Below, piece after piece: positions 19,301 to 31,300 of a stretch of 64,000 nt of DNA (position 1 is the first letter of the stretch; each line of letters begins with the position of its first letter). Origin of the DNA: Candidatus Rokubacteria bacterium RIFCSPLOWO2_02_FULL_73_56 (GTDB lineage Bacteria > Methylomirabilota > Methylomirabilia > Rokubacteriales > CSP1-6); contig MGCF01000006.1 in NCBI GenBank assembly GCA_001788495.1, positions 2,106-66,105 on the forward strand, in the 5' to 3' direction. Both the position numbers and the translations under genes were made by a program. Below the pieces are notes generated by a model. The model saw only the letters and a list, made by a program, of their open reading frames with translations, did no database searches and was not told the origin of the DNA.

Positions 19301-22300
19301 GATGGTGTCGCCACCGATCACGTTGGTGCCGCCCGTCACGTTCAGGATCGACTGGCCGCTCTTGATCCGGATGTCGTCGTCGAGATCCGTCTGCACGAGG
19401 CCGAGGTTGATGTTGTGGGTCTCGGACCCGAGGTAGACGCTGTCGTGCGCGCCGACGTCGACCTGGTCCACGATCTCGACGTCGACGTCCTCGCGCTGGT
19501 CGATGACGATCGTGTGGATGTTCGCGCCCGGCGCGGTCGGGTCGTTGACCTCGGGCGCGATGGTCAGCACGACGCCGTCCTGGTCCAGCAGGTTCGCGGT
19601 CACGACCAGGTCCGCCCCGGAGACGGAGGCGACGACGTAGAACTCGCCCACGTCCGTCGCGTTCGCGCCGCCCGTCACGTGGATCCGCGTGTCGGGCGCG
19701 AACAGGACGGGGTCCCAGGTCCCGGACGTCCGGTGGAACGTGTGGGGCCCGGTGACGTCGACGGTCGTGGTGACCGCCGGACCCAGGTACGTCACGTCGA
19801 CGCGCTCGGCGGCCGCGAGCGCCACGCGCTCGTCGTTCGTGAGATTGTGGACGCCCCCGCTCACGTCGATGGTCGTGACGCCGACCGCCTTGCCCACGCC
19901 CTTCGACGCCGTGATGACCAGATTGGCGCCGGTGATGTTCGGCTCCTCGATCGTCGGGCTCGTGTCCGCGATGTCCTTCAGGAGGCCGGTGCTGATCGTG
20001 TAGAGCAGCTCCTCCTCGGTGAAGATGTGGATGCTGCCCTCGATGTCCGAGGTCTCCTGCGCCGTCAGCGTGTAGGCGAATGACGCATCGAAGCCGTCGA
20101 ACTCCAGGCCCACGAGGTGATCGACGAGCCCGCCCGGCTCGCCGTACTGCGTGTTCAGCGTGTGGTACTGCGCCGTCCGGCTCGCCTCGAGCGCCAGGAT
20201 GGCCGCGTCGTCGTAGCCGAGCTGGGTCCGGTAGAAGGCCTCCTCCTGCGGCCGCAGGTGCACCGGGAAGGCGATGTCGAAGACGTTGCTGCGGTACTTC
20301 ACCGCGGCGCCGGTGCTGAGCCCGTGGCCCGCGATGTGGATCGTGTCCGTCGCGCTGTCGACGTCCGCCAGCGGGTCGAACAGCCCGGTGCCCACGCCGC
20401 CGGCGTCCAGGCGGTGCTGGGTGCCCAGCGCGCCCGTGCTGTCGAGGTCGAGGTAGTGCCCGAGCCCCGCCTCCAGCGCGCTGACCGCCAGCCGCACGTG
20501 GTCGTCGTCCACCTTGACGATGTAGTACGTCCCGTCGGGCGCGAGGACGTCGGACACGACGGTGTGCACGGCCGTGTCGCCGGTCTCCACGCTGTAGCGG
20601 ACCACGTCGCCCGTCGCCAGGCCGTGGCCCGTCCCGAGATCGATCGCGTCCAAGGCGTTGTCGAGGTCCGTCGAGGTGCTGAAGAGCCGCACGCGATACA
20701 GCGCCTGGCTCGCCGGCGAGCCGTTCGCTGTCAGGTTCACGAAGCCGGCGTCGGCCAGATGCACCTTCAGCTTGATCGTGTTCGCGTCGACGACGCTCAC
20801 GTAGTACGTGAGGCCCTCGGTGAGCCCGATGCTCGTGCCGTGGGTCTCCTGGCTGTAGGTCACCGCGTCGCCCTCGCTCAGGCCGTGGGCGGCGAGCGTG
20901 ATCGTCTCGGCCGTGCCGTCGACGGCGGTCTTGGCGTCGAAGAACAGGCCCGTGCCGACCGTGATACCGTGGCCGGACCCTGTGGCGCCGGTCCCGTCGA
21001 TGTCGATCGCCTTCCCGCTCTGGGCGTCGCCCGCGCTCAGGGCGAGCTTCATCGTGTCGCCGGCGACGATGGCGTAGTACTTCACGCCGCCGCCGAGCGC
21101 CACGGAGGCCTCGTGGATCGTGAGCGGCGCGCTCGGCTGGCTGTGCCGGTACTCCCAGTACGTCTGGTACTCCTGCTCCCGCAGCGCGGCCAGCGAGTCC
21201 TTGACGTCCTGGACCTTGGCGTTGGCGCCCGTGCCCGCGGTGAGCCGCAGGTCGTGCCACGGGCCGGCGAGCAGCTGCTCGTACGTCCGCTCGTCGCGCG
21301 TCTCGGCCTCGTTGGCGTCGACGACGCCGCCGTTGACCACCGTGATGTGCACGTCCGCCGGCGTCGAGATCGACTCGACGTTCAGGTTGCCGTCCTTCTC
21401 CTGGACGTAGATGTCGGCGCCCGCGGCGATGTTCACCTTGTCCCACTGGAAGACACCGGCGTCGAGGATGAGCGGCTTGCCGTTGGCGCCGACGGCGCCG
21501 TTGGCGGTCAGTCCGATGGCGCCGCCCTCGACGAGCCCCTCGTGCCCGCTCGCCACGAAGATTCCGCCCTGCGACGTCAGCGTGACCTCGCCGCCCGAGC
21601 CGAAGATGTTGTGCTGGCTCTTCACCTGGTCGACGCGCAGGTCGCCGAAGCGCTCGTCGATGTGGACCTCGCCCGACGTGGTCGTCGCCTTGAGGCTCGC
21701 CGACGAGTTCTCGCTGAGGTCGGTCGTGATCGGGTTCTGGTCGGTCCCGACGCCGGTGCCCGCGATCAGCTCGATCCGCTGGCCGGCGACGACGGCGTCG
21801 GCGCTCTGCTGGATGATCGACTTGGTCGTCGAGATCTTGGTCGTGCCGGTCGGGTTCGTCACCGGCCCGTTGAGGATGACGTTGCCGTTCGAGTCGACGT
21901 CGATGTCGCCCTGGGTGAAGCCGATGAACTGCACGCTGATCGGCCGGTCGGACTCGATGGTGTGCGTGAAGACGTGCAGGTTGTCCTGCTCGGCCTCGAT
22001 CTCGTTGTGATACGTCGTCTCGCCGTACCAGGTGCTGTCCGAGTGCTGGTCGATGATGTGGATCTTCTTCTCGCTCTCGTGGATCTCCTCGTAGTCGAAC
22101 GTGTACTTCACGCCGTCCAGCGCGAGGTCCTTGAAGTAGTAAGGGCCGTTGCCGAGGAGCACCGGCGGGCCGAGGGGCTCGTGCTGGTCCCAGGTGACGG
22201 TCTCCGGATCCACGGACAGCCAGTCGATACCGAGCCACGCGCTCACGTCGTGGTGGTAGTAGAAGTAGTCACGCGTCCGCGCGCCGCGCTGCCAGCCGTA

Positions 22301-25300
22301 CCGCCAGCCGGCGTCCGGCGTGTAGGTGTCGGTGCTGCCCGCGAGCGTGCTCACGTCGGTCGGGAGGCCGCCGACGCCGTCGTCGATCGTCCGCTGGACC
22401 GAGCCGTCCTCCTGGACCTTGTAGAGCACGAAGTACGGGGTGCCCGGCTTCGCCTTGTCCGTGATGGTCAGCGTGCCCGCGCCGCGGATCGAGTCGTCCA
22501 CCTTGTTGAGGACGAGGTCGTAGCCGGTCGTGTTGTCGATCTCGAAGTTCGCGTAGCCGCCCAGCACCCGGATGATGCCGTTGCCGGTGTTGAGCACGTG
22601 GCCGGTCAGGTCGATCTGGCCGCCCCGGTTCCGGATCGCGTCGACGATGATCTGCTGCGTCGCCGTGTTGTACTTCACGATGAAGTCTTTGTTCGTGTAG
22701 GACGTCAGGTTCACGATCACGCCGTCGGCCGGTGTGAGCGTCGAGATCTCGTTGGCCACCGTCGCGCCGAGCACGAGGTGGTAGGTGTCCTTGCCGCTCT
22801 GCATGAGGCCGTTGACGTTGATGTACTCGGCGTCGATGAAGATCTTCTGGCCGTAGAGGTTGACGTCCGTCGGGATGTCGCTCAGCAGGTTGTCGATCTG
22901 CGCGTGCGGGCCCGCCGTCGGGCTGTTGTAGGTGGAGTGGTATTCCGTCGGCGGTGACGCCACGTCCTCGGCGAGCGTCAGCGCGGCGGCGTCCGTCTCG
23001 ATGGCCGAGAAGAGGCCGGGGTACAGGGTGGCGTCGATGCTGCCCGGGATCACGCCCTTCGTGATGTCGCCCCAGATCGCCTCCGGCTCGCCGGCGACCG
23101 CGAAGTTCGTCACGTCCGTGATGAACACGGTGCCGCCGGCGATGATGGTCAGGTTCTTGGCCTGCACCGAGGCGAGGATGATGATGTTGCCCTCGCCGCC
23201 GGGGTACGTCGTCAGCGTGACGTCGCCGCCCAGGTTCGAGATCCCCTGCCCCTGCACGACGATGTCCGGCCACGCGTAGATCCGCGTCTTGCCTTCGTGG
23301 AAGACGGTGCCGGCGATGAAGTCGTTGTCGACGGTGATCGTCGGCGTGCTGGCGGCGTTGTCGGGGATGCTCGCGAAGCTCGCCGTGCCGGGGACGATCG
23401 TGTGGTCGCCGGGGCTGCCGTCGGGCGTGATGCTGTTGTCCTCGGCGGCGTTCAGGACGTTCGAGCTGAAGATCTGCGCGTTCGTGGTGACCAGGTTGCC
23501 GTTGAGGAAGAGGCCGCCGTTGACCTCCGGGATCGTCAGCCCGTTGAGCTTGAGGAACGCCGGCGTGTGGTTCTGGATGTCGATGCTCGCGTCGCCCGGC
23601 GCGTCGAAGGTGCCCGTGCCCTGCAGCTGGTCGGTGCGGATGTCGATGCGCCCGGCTTCGGCCTTCTGCGGATCGACGGTCACCGTGACCGCGTACTGCC
23701 CGACCGCGACGCCCTTCAGGTTGTTGAGGTCGAAGTTCAGGGTCGTGCCGCCCTTCGTCACGCTGTGCGTGAAGCTGGCGCCGGCCGGGAAGAACCGGTA
23801 GTCGTCGGCGACGTTGCCCGTGTTCACCGTGGACAAGGCGAACTGGTTGTTGCTGATCTTGCGGACGTAGTAGCTCTGGCCGTCGACGAGGGGGCCGATC
23901 GCGCCGGCACCCCCCGTGTTGTGATAGACGACCGTGTCGCCGGTGCTGAGGCCGTGGCCCGCGATCTCGATGCTCCGGAACTCGAACAGCCCCTCGGCCG
24001 CGAGCTCGCCCTCGATGCGCGCGATCTCGCCCTCGTAGAAGGCCTTCAGGGTCGCGTTCGTGTTGCCGTACTGGTTCAGCTGGTCCCGGGCGTGCTGCAG
24101 CTCCTGGAGCAGCTCGGAGCTGACCACCTCGGGCTGCGACGTGAACGTCACGCCGCCGGTCTGCGTGTAGCCGACACCCTCGCCGAGGATGTGGCCGCCG
24201 TTCACGCCCTCGTCCGCCCACTCGAAGAGCGTGAGCATCTTGTGCCGCTCGATGCCCGTGCGCACGGTCCCGTTCATGATGACGGTGCCGTGGCCTTCCT
24301 GCTCGATGTCCGCGTCCTGCATGAACGCGGTCGCGGCGCCGTTCAGGAAGTCCTGGACCGCGCTCACCCAGCTCGTGCCCTTGGCGAGGCCCGAGAGGTC
24401 CGACAGGCCCTTGCGCTCGGCCTGCAGCGTCGCCTCTCCGGCCGTCTCGAGGAGGGCCCCGGTCGAGATCGTGATCGTGTTGTCGGTGATGAGGATGGTG
24501 TGCGAGTCGGTGTCGCCGAGCGGGATCGCGCTTCCGGCCACCGTCTCGGCGGTCGCGTCCATGACGTAGTTGTCGCGGACGAAGTTGGCGTCGGTGCCGG
24601 CGTAGAGACCGAGGTCGCCCTTGGCGTGGATGAACGCGCCGGCGCCGACGAAGATCTCGTTGTCCGGGTACACGCGGCTCTTGGCGTCCACGAGGATGAC
24701 CGTGGCCAGGCCGATCGCCTCCGCTTCGACGTTCGACTTGATGGTGCCGCCGCCGCGCGCGAAGAGGCTGATGGCGCCGATGCTCGTCAGCGAGGCGTTG
24801 GCGCCGACGTTCACCTTGGCGAGGTCGGTGTTCGTCACGATCGTGCTGTAGGCGGCGAGCCCGGAGAACGCACCGATCGTGTCGAACACCACCTTGTCGT
24901 GAACGTCGAAGTCGTTGTAGGCCTTCAGGATGAAGCCGCCGGGGTTGCTCGGGTCGCCGATCACGTCGAGCGAGGCGCCGACGCCGACGTCGACCAGCGT
25001 GGTGAAGTTGATGGTCGAGGTGTCGTCGCCGCCGCCGCCGGAGATGAAGCCGCCCGCCGTCCCGTCGAAGTTCGCCTCGCCCAGCGAGGGCTTGTACGCG
25101 TGGGTGATGGCCTCGACGTCGATGTCCTTCGCGACGACGATCGCGTTGGCGCCGACCCGCGCGGTCGTGTGCGCGGTCACGTCGTTGTCCGCGGAGCCGC
25201 CCGCGCCGGCCAGAAGGCCGCCCGAGAACGTCCGCAGGCGCGTGTTGAACTTCGCGGTGTGCTCCGCCGTGACGTCGAGGCCGCCGCCGCCCGCGAGACT

Positions 25301-28300
25301 GATCTTCCGGAGCGACGAGTTGCCGCCCAGGATCTCCGCGGTGGTCGTGCTGTCGTTGTTCGTGTCGGCCACGGCCGCCGCGCCCGAGAGCACGAAGCCG
25401 ATGCTGCCCGAGACCGTGTCGGCGAAGTTGTCGTCCGTGCCGTGGGCGATGATGACGAGGGTGCCGCCGGTGAGCTTGACGTTGTTGCCCACGAAAGCGT
25501 GCGTCACCGTGTCCGACGACGCGATGCCCGTCGCGATACCGCCCGCGACGAGGCCAACCGTGTTGCTGCTGGAGTCCGCCAGCTGCCGGCTGTCGTTCTT
25601 CGCCTCGACCTTGGTCTGGCCGGTGATGGTCAGCGTCGAGTTGTCGCCGATGGAGGCCGAGACCTCGCCGTTGTCGGTCGCCTCGCTGATGGTGGCGTCG
25701 AGGCCGACGAGGCCGCCGGCCGAGCCGGTCGTCTTCGCCTTGGCCGTGTAGCCGCTGGCGCCAACCTGCTGCTTGCCGGTGACGCTCAGGCTACCCGCGA
25801 CGATCGTCCCGGCCACGACTGCCGTGACCACGGGCGAGGCCTCGACGTCGGCGAGCGAGAAGCCGGCGCCGAGGACGCCGACGGCGATGCCGAACGTCTC
25901 GGCGCGCGCGAACGGCGTGGCGGTCGCGGCGACGGACACCCCGCCCGTCACCGTGATGTGCCCGCCGGTGCCGATCGTCGCCTCGATCTCCGGCGTGACG
26001 TCCACGAAGGCGAAGTTGCCGGCCATCGCGCCGATGCCGCCCGCCAGCGCCTCCGTCTGGGCGTAGGCCGTAACCGTCGAGGCCGCGCTCACCGACACGC
26101 TGCCGACCGTTCCACTCTGCCCGATCTCGACGTTGCTGCCGATGAACGCGCGCGTGTCCGTCGCCGAGCCGTTGTCGACGTCGATGATCACGAACGCGGC
26201 ACCGGCGCCGACGGCGCCGATGCTGAGCTGCCCGGCGTGGCCGTGGAGGTTCTGGTCGCCGACGGCGGACACGAGCACGCTGCCCGCGCGGATGATGGTC
26301 GCGTTGTTGAGGATGCCGGCCGACACGGTGCTCGCGTCGCTGATGGCGACGACGGCGGCGCCCAGGCCGACGAAGCCGACGGAGCCGGACAGGGAGGTGA
26401 CGACGATGTCGTCGTCGAGGATGCCCTTCACGTTGATGTGACCGGCGCTGCCCGCCTTGAGCGTGCCCCCCGCCTCGGCCTCGGCGTTCACGCCCACGTT
26501 CACCACGGCGATCGACGCGCCGACGCCGACGAACCCGCCCGCGACGCCGCCGGTGATGATCTCGATGTCGACGTCCTCGTTGGCCGTGACCTCGATGTTG
26601 TGGCCGGCCTCCACGTTGGTGGTGCCGCCCTGGATCCGCGCCACCGTGCCGGTGGACGGCGCCGCGCCGGTCACGGCATCCTGGATGGCCGTCGTCGAGG
26701 GCGCGGAGCCGGACAGGCTGGTCCCCGCGCTCTGCGTGCCCGAGTCCACGCGGTTCTGGCTGGTCTTGCTGTTGCCGCTGCCGTCGCCCGAGAACCCGCC
26801 GAGGAGGCCGGAGACCTGGCCGCTGGACTTCCCGCCCTGGTCGGCGGCGTCGTCCGTGGCCGAGCCGTTGTCGCCCGCGGTCGCGGACGCGTGCGTGCCC
26901 TCGTCGTTCTGGTAGTCCGAGGAGATCGGATTGCCGACCGACCACACGGAGACGGCGGCGGTGAGGCCGACGAGGCCGCCGGCGCCGCTGAGCGTGAAGC
27001 CGTCCACCTCGTGGATGCCGACCGCGTTGACCTCGACGTCGTTCTCGGCGTCGACGACCGCGCCGCTCCGGATCTCGGCCAGCGTGTCGTTGTTGAGGCT
27101 GCCGACGTCGACGGCGCCACCGACCCCGACCACGCCGCCGGCCACGCCGACGACGAACGTCGACAGGTGCGCCTGGTTGGAGGCCCCGACGTAGACGCCC
27201 TGATCGGCGTCACCGCTGAGCCCGGCGCCCTGGTTGATGCTCGCGTTGCTGCCGATGAAGGCGGTGGTGTCGGAGTCGACGAGGGTGACCGCCACCGCGC
27301 CGGACACGCCGACGAAGCCCACGCCGGCCGCGATCACGAGGTGGAGGACCTGTTCCTTCGACTGCGCCTGGACGATGACGCCGTGCGCCTCGGCCAGCGT
27401 GTCGGGGTCGCCCCCGCCGATCTCGCCGTTGAGGATGCCGCCGAAGCCGCTGCCGCTGCCGTCGGCGTCGACGTCGGCGCCGTTGGCGATGAACGCCGAG
27501 GTGTCCTTGTTGATGACCATCACGCCCACGGACGCGCCGATGCCGACGAAGCCGCCCGCGATGCCGCCGGACACCATCGTGATGTCGGTATTGTCCGTGG
27601 CGATGACCGCGACGTCGCCGCCCGCGACGACGGTGGCGTTGCCGATGGTGGCCGTGGTGGTGTTGTTGATGGTCAGCACGTCGACCGCGCCGCCGATGCC
27701 GACCACGCCGCCGCCCAGGCCGAAGGCGACCTGCACGACGTGCTCGTCCGCGTGCGCCTCGACCTCGACGTCGTTCATGGCGTGCACGACGGCGCCCGCG
27801 CCGATGGAGGCGAGCGTGGTGTTGCTGAGCACGGTGACGTCGACGGAGGGCGCCACGCCCACCACGCCCACGCCGAGCGAGCCGGCCACGGCCAGGTGGT
27901 AGAAGTCGTTGCCGGCCGCCACGCTGACCGACTGCGCGGCGTCTGCGCCGCCGCCGAGGTTCACCTGCGCGTTGTCGCCGATGTAGGCGTTCGTGTTCGT
28001 GCTGATGACGTTGACGCCGGCGGAGATGGCGACCCCCGCCGTGCCGCCCGCGACGCTGATCGTGAACGTCGCGATGTCGTCCCGGTTCGTGGCGGCGAGC
28101 GCCACACCGCGCCGGGACTGCTGGCCGGGGCTCACCGAGCGGGCGCCGGAGAGCGACGGATCCGTCGCCTCCGAGTTGCCGTCGTTGTTCGAGTCCATGT
28201 TGCTCATCGTCGGCGTGTGGACTTCGCCCTGGGCCTTCAGTGACGTCGAATCGGGGCTGCTCGAGACCGAATCGGCGTGGATGCCCTCGCCGCCGGCGTT

Positions 28301-31300
28301 GTTCGGGTCGAACGTCGGGGCGGCGTTGTTGAACGCCTCGCCAAAGCTGCCGTCGTTGACGAGCACGGCGCTGGTCGTGCCGTCGCCCGAAACCCACGCG
28401 CCCGCGCCGATGAAGGCCTCGGTGGTCTTGCTGACGACGCTCACCGCGCCGGAGGCGGCGACGCCGGCGGTGCCGGACACCGCGAGCACGCCGACGATCT
28501 TGTCCATCTCGGTCTGGTCGTCGGCGGTGATGACGACGTTGCCGCCCGCGTGCACGTGGCCGGCGCCGGCGGAGGCCGGGCCGCCCGTGGGATCGTCGCC
28601 GATCCACGCCCGCGTCTGGTTCGTGACGATGTGCACCGACGCGTCGAGGGCCACCGACGCCGTGCCGCTGAGGCTCATGCCCGCCGCGACCGAGGTGACG
28701 TCCTCGCTCGCGACCGCGCTGACCTCGATGTCGCCCTCGACCTCCGCCGTGACGTTGGAGTCGATGTAGGCGAGCGTGTCCTTGGTGATGGTCGCGACGT
28801 CGGCACCGAGGCCCACGCCGGCCGTGCCGCCGGCCGCGAGGTTGCCGGCCACGGAGACGATGTCCGTGTCGTCCTGGGCGTGGACCGACAGGTCGGGCTT
28901 GCCCGAGGCGCCGTCGTTCACGGTGATGTTCGCGCTGCGGCCGATGAACGCGTGCGTGTGCTCCGTGAGGACGTTCACGACGGCCGAGCCCGCGACCCCC
29001 GCGGTGCTGGCGCCGCCGCCCGCGGCGGCGATCGTGATCAGGTCCTCGCTCGAGGTGGCGGCGATCGTGATGCCGGTCGCGCCGTCGGAGGTCACGACCG
29101 CGTTGTCGCCGATGTAGGCCTCGACCGTGTCGGTGTGGACGAGGACGCTGGCCGCCGCGCCGACGCCGGCCGAGCCCGCGCTCGCGCCGATCGACCCGGC
29201 GACCATCGTCGCGTCGAGGTGGCCGTCGGCCGTCACGTCGATGTCGCCCGCGTGCACGGTCGCGCCGCCGATGTATGCCCGCGTCGTCGTGGTGAGCACC
29301 TGGACCGTGCCGGAGCCGGCGACGCCGACGGAGTTCCCGATGCCGGCGTTCGCGGCGATCGAGACGATGTCCTCCGACGAGTCGGCGTCGACGGTGAGCG
29401 CGCCGGCGGAGTCGACGGTCGCGCCGGTCGTGATGTAGGCCTCGGTGTCCTTGGAGATCACGCTGACTTCGAGCCCGGCGCCGACGCCGGTGGAATCGGT
29501 CGAGATGCCGAGCGCGCCCGCGGCGTTCGTCATGTCGATCGTGCTGGACGCGTGCAGGCCCACCGACTGGCCGCTCGGGGTGATGCTGCCGTCCTGGTTG
29601 ACGGCCGCGGTCCCGGCGATGTAGGCGTGGGTGTTGACCGTGTAGATGGTGATGTCGGCCGCGCCCGCGATCCCGACGCCGCCGTTGCTGCCGCCGCCCG
29701 CCAGCGCCGCCGAGCTGATCGCGATTGCCGGGTCGTCGACGACGGAGTTGTCCGGCAGGTCGAGCGTCGGCGGGGGCGCCAGCGTCGTCGTGGCGTCGAC
29801 CGTCAGCGCGCCCGCGGCGTCCGCGGCGCCCGCGATGAACGCGTCCGTGTCGCTGGTCACCACGGTCACGGCCACGGCCGCGCCGACCGACGTCCCGCTC
29901 GAGAAGCCGACGCCCGCGGCGATCGTCTGGAGGATCAGCTGGTTCTCGGCCGTGACGTGCAGGGCGCCCGTCGACAGCAGGTGCGCCGTGTTCGCGACCG
30001 AGGCCTCCGTGGTGAACGTCACCACGTTGACGGCGACCGAGCCTGCGATCCCGATGTCGCCCGTGCCGCCGGCCGCCGCAGCGCCCCAGACGATGAACTC
30101 GTTCTTGTTGCTGCCGGTCGTGACGGCCTCGACCGTGATCCCGTCGCCGTGGATGACCGAGCCGCCCAGCACGCGCGCCTTGTTGTTGATGCTCGCGACG
30201 TTCACGCCGACCGCCGCGCCGATCATGTTCGAGTCCTCGAGCGTGACCGCGAGCCCGAGGGCCTTCGAGGTCTCGTCCACCTCGGCCTGCGCGCTGACCT
30301 TCACGGCGCCGGTCGTCGTGATGTCGGCGCCGCTGGCGACCTCCGCGATGTTGTCGAGGCCGATGTAGCTCACCGCCACCGCGGCCGCGACGCCGACGCC
30401 GCTCGAGCCGCCGCCCGACTCGCCGCCGGCCGTGCCGCTCGCGGCGCTGGTCTGCCCGCTCGCCGACGGCGTCGACTGCGAGCCGGCGTTGCCCGTGACG
30501 TTCGTGGTGTTCGCGGCGCCGCTCGACTTCGAGTCCGCGCTCTGACCGCCCTCCGACTGCTTCTTCTCGCCGCCCGCGCTCGCGTTCACCTCGAGCGTGC
30601 TCGACATCTTGGACTTGGCCTGGACCGTGAAGCTACCGCTCGCGTTGTCCACGCTGCGAGCCAGCGTCGCCGTGCTGCTGTCGGTGACGACGACCACGCC
30701 GACGGAGGCGCCGATCGCCGCATCCGAGCCTTCGGCCTCGGAGCTGACCGTCGTGCCGAAGGTGCCCTGGTGGTCGGTGCTGATCTGGGAGGCGCCGCCG
30801 CCGAGATGGACGACGCCGCCGGTGCCGACCCGCGCGGTCGTGTGGTTCTCGGAGATGACGACCGCCACGGCGGCGCCGATGCCGGTGTCGCCCTTCGCGC
30901 CGTTCTTCGCCTCGGTCGTGAGGTCGTCCTTGCCGGTCGCCTGGGCCGACAGGTGGTCGATGCCGGTGCCCGTCACCGCGACGCCGTTCTCGAGCTCGGC
31001 CGTGGTGTCGTGCAGGACCAGGTTCAGGGCGAACGAGGCGCCGATACCCGCGCTGTCGGCCCCGCCCTCGCCGTCGCTGTCCTCGTCGGGCAGCGCCTTG
31101 GCGGTGTCCTCGGCCACCGAGGTGGCGGTGAGCTGGATCCCGCCGACTCCGGTCCCGCCGTCGCCGCCGTCCGCCAGGTTCAGGGTCGCGCCCGTCTCGA
31201 TGGACGCCGTCGTGTCGACGTCCGAGTAGTTGATGGCGACCGAGGCCGCGATGCTGATGTCGTCGGCGCCGGCGCCCGAGGTCGCCTGGGCGGAGAACGA

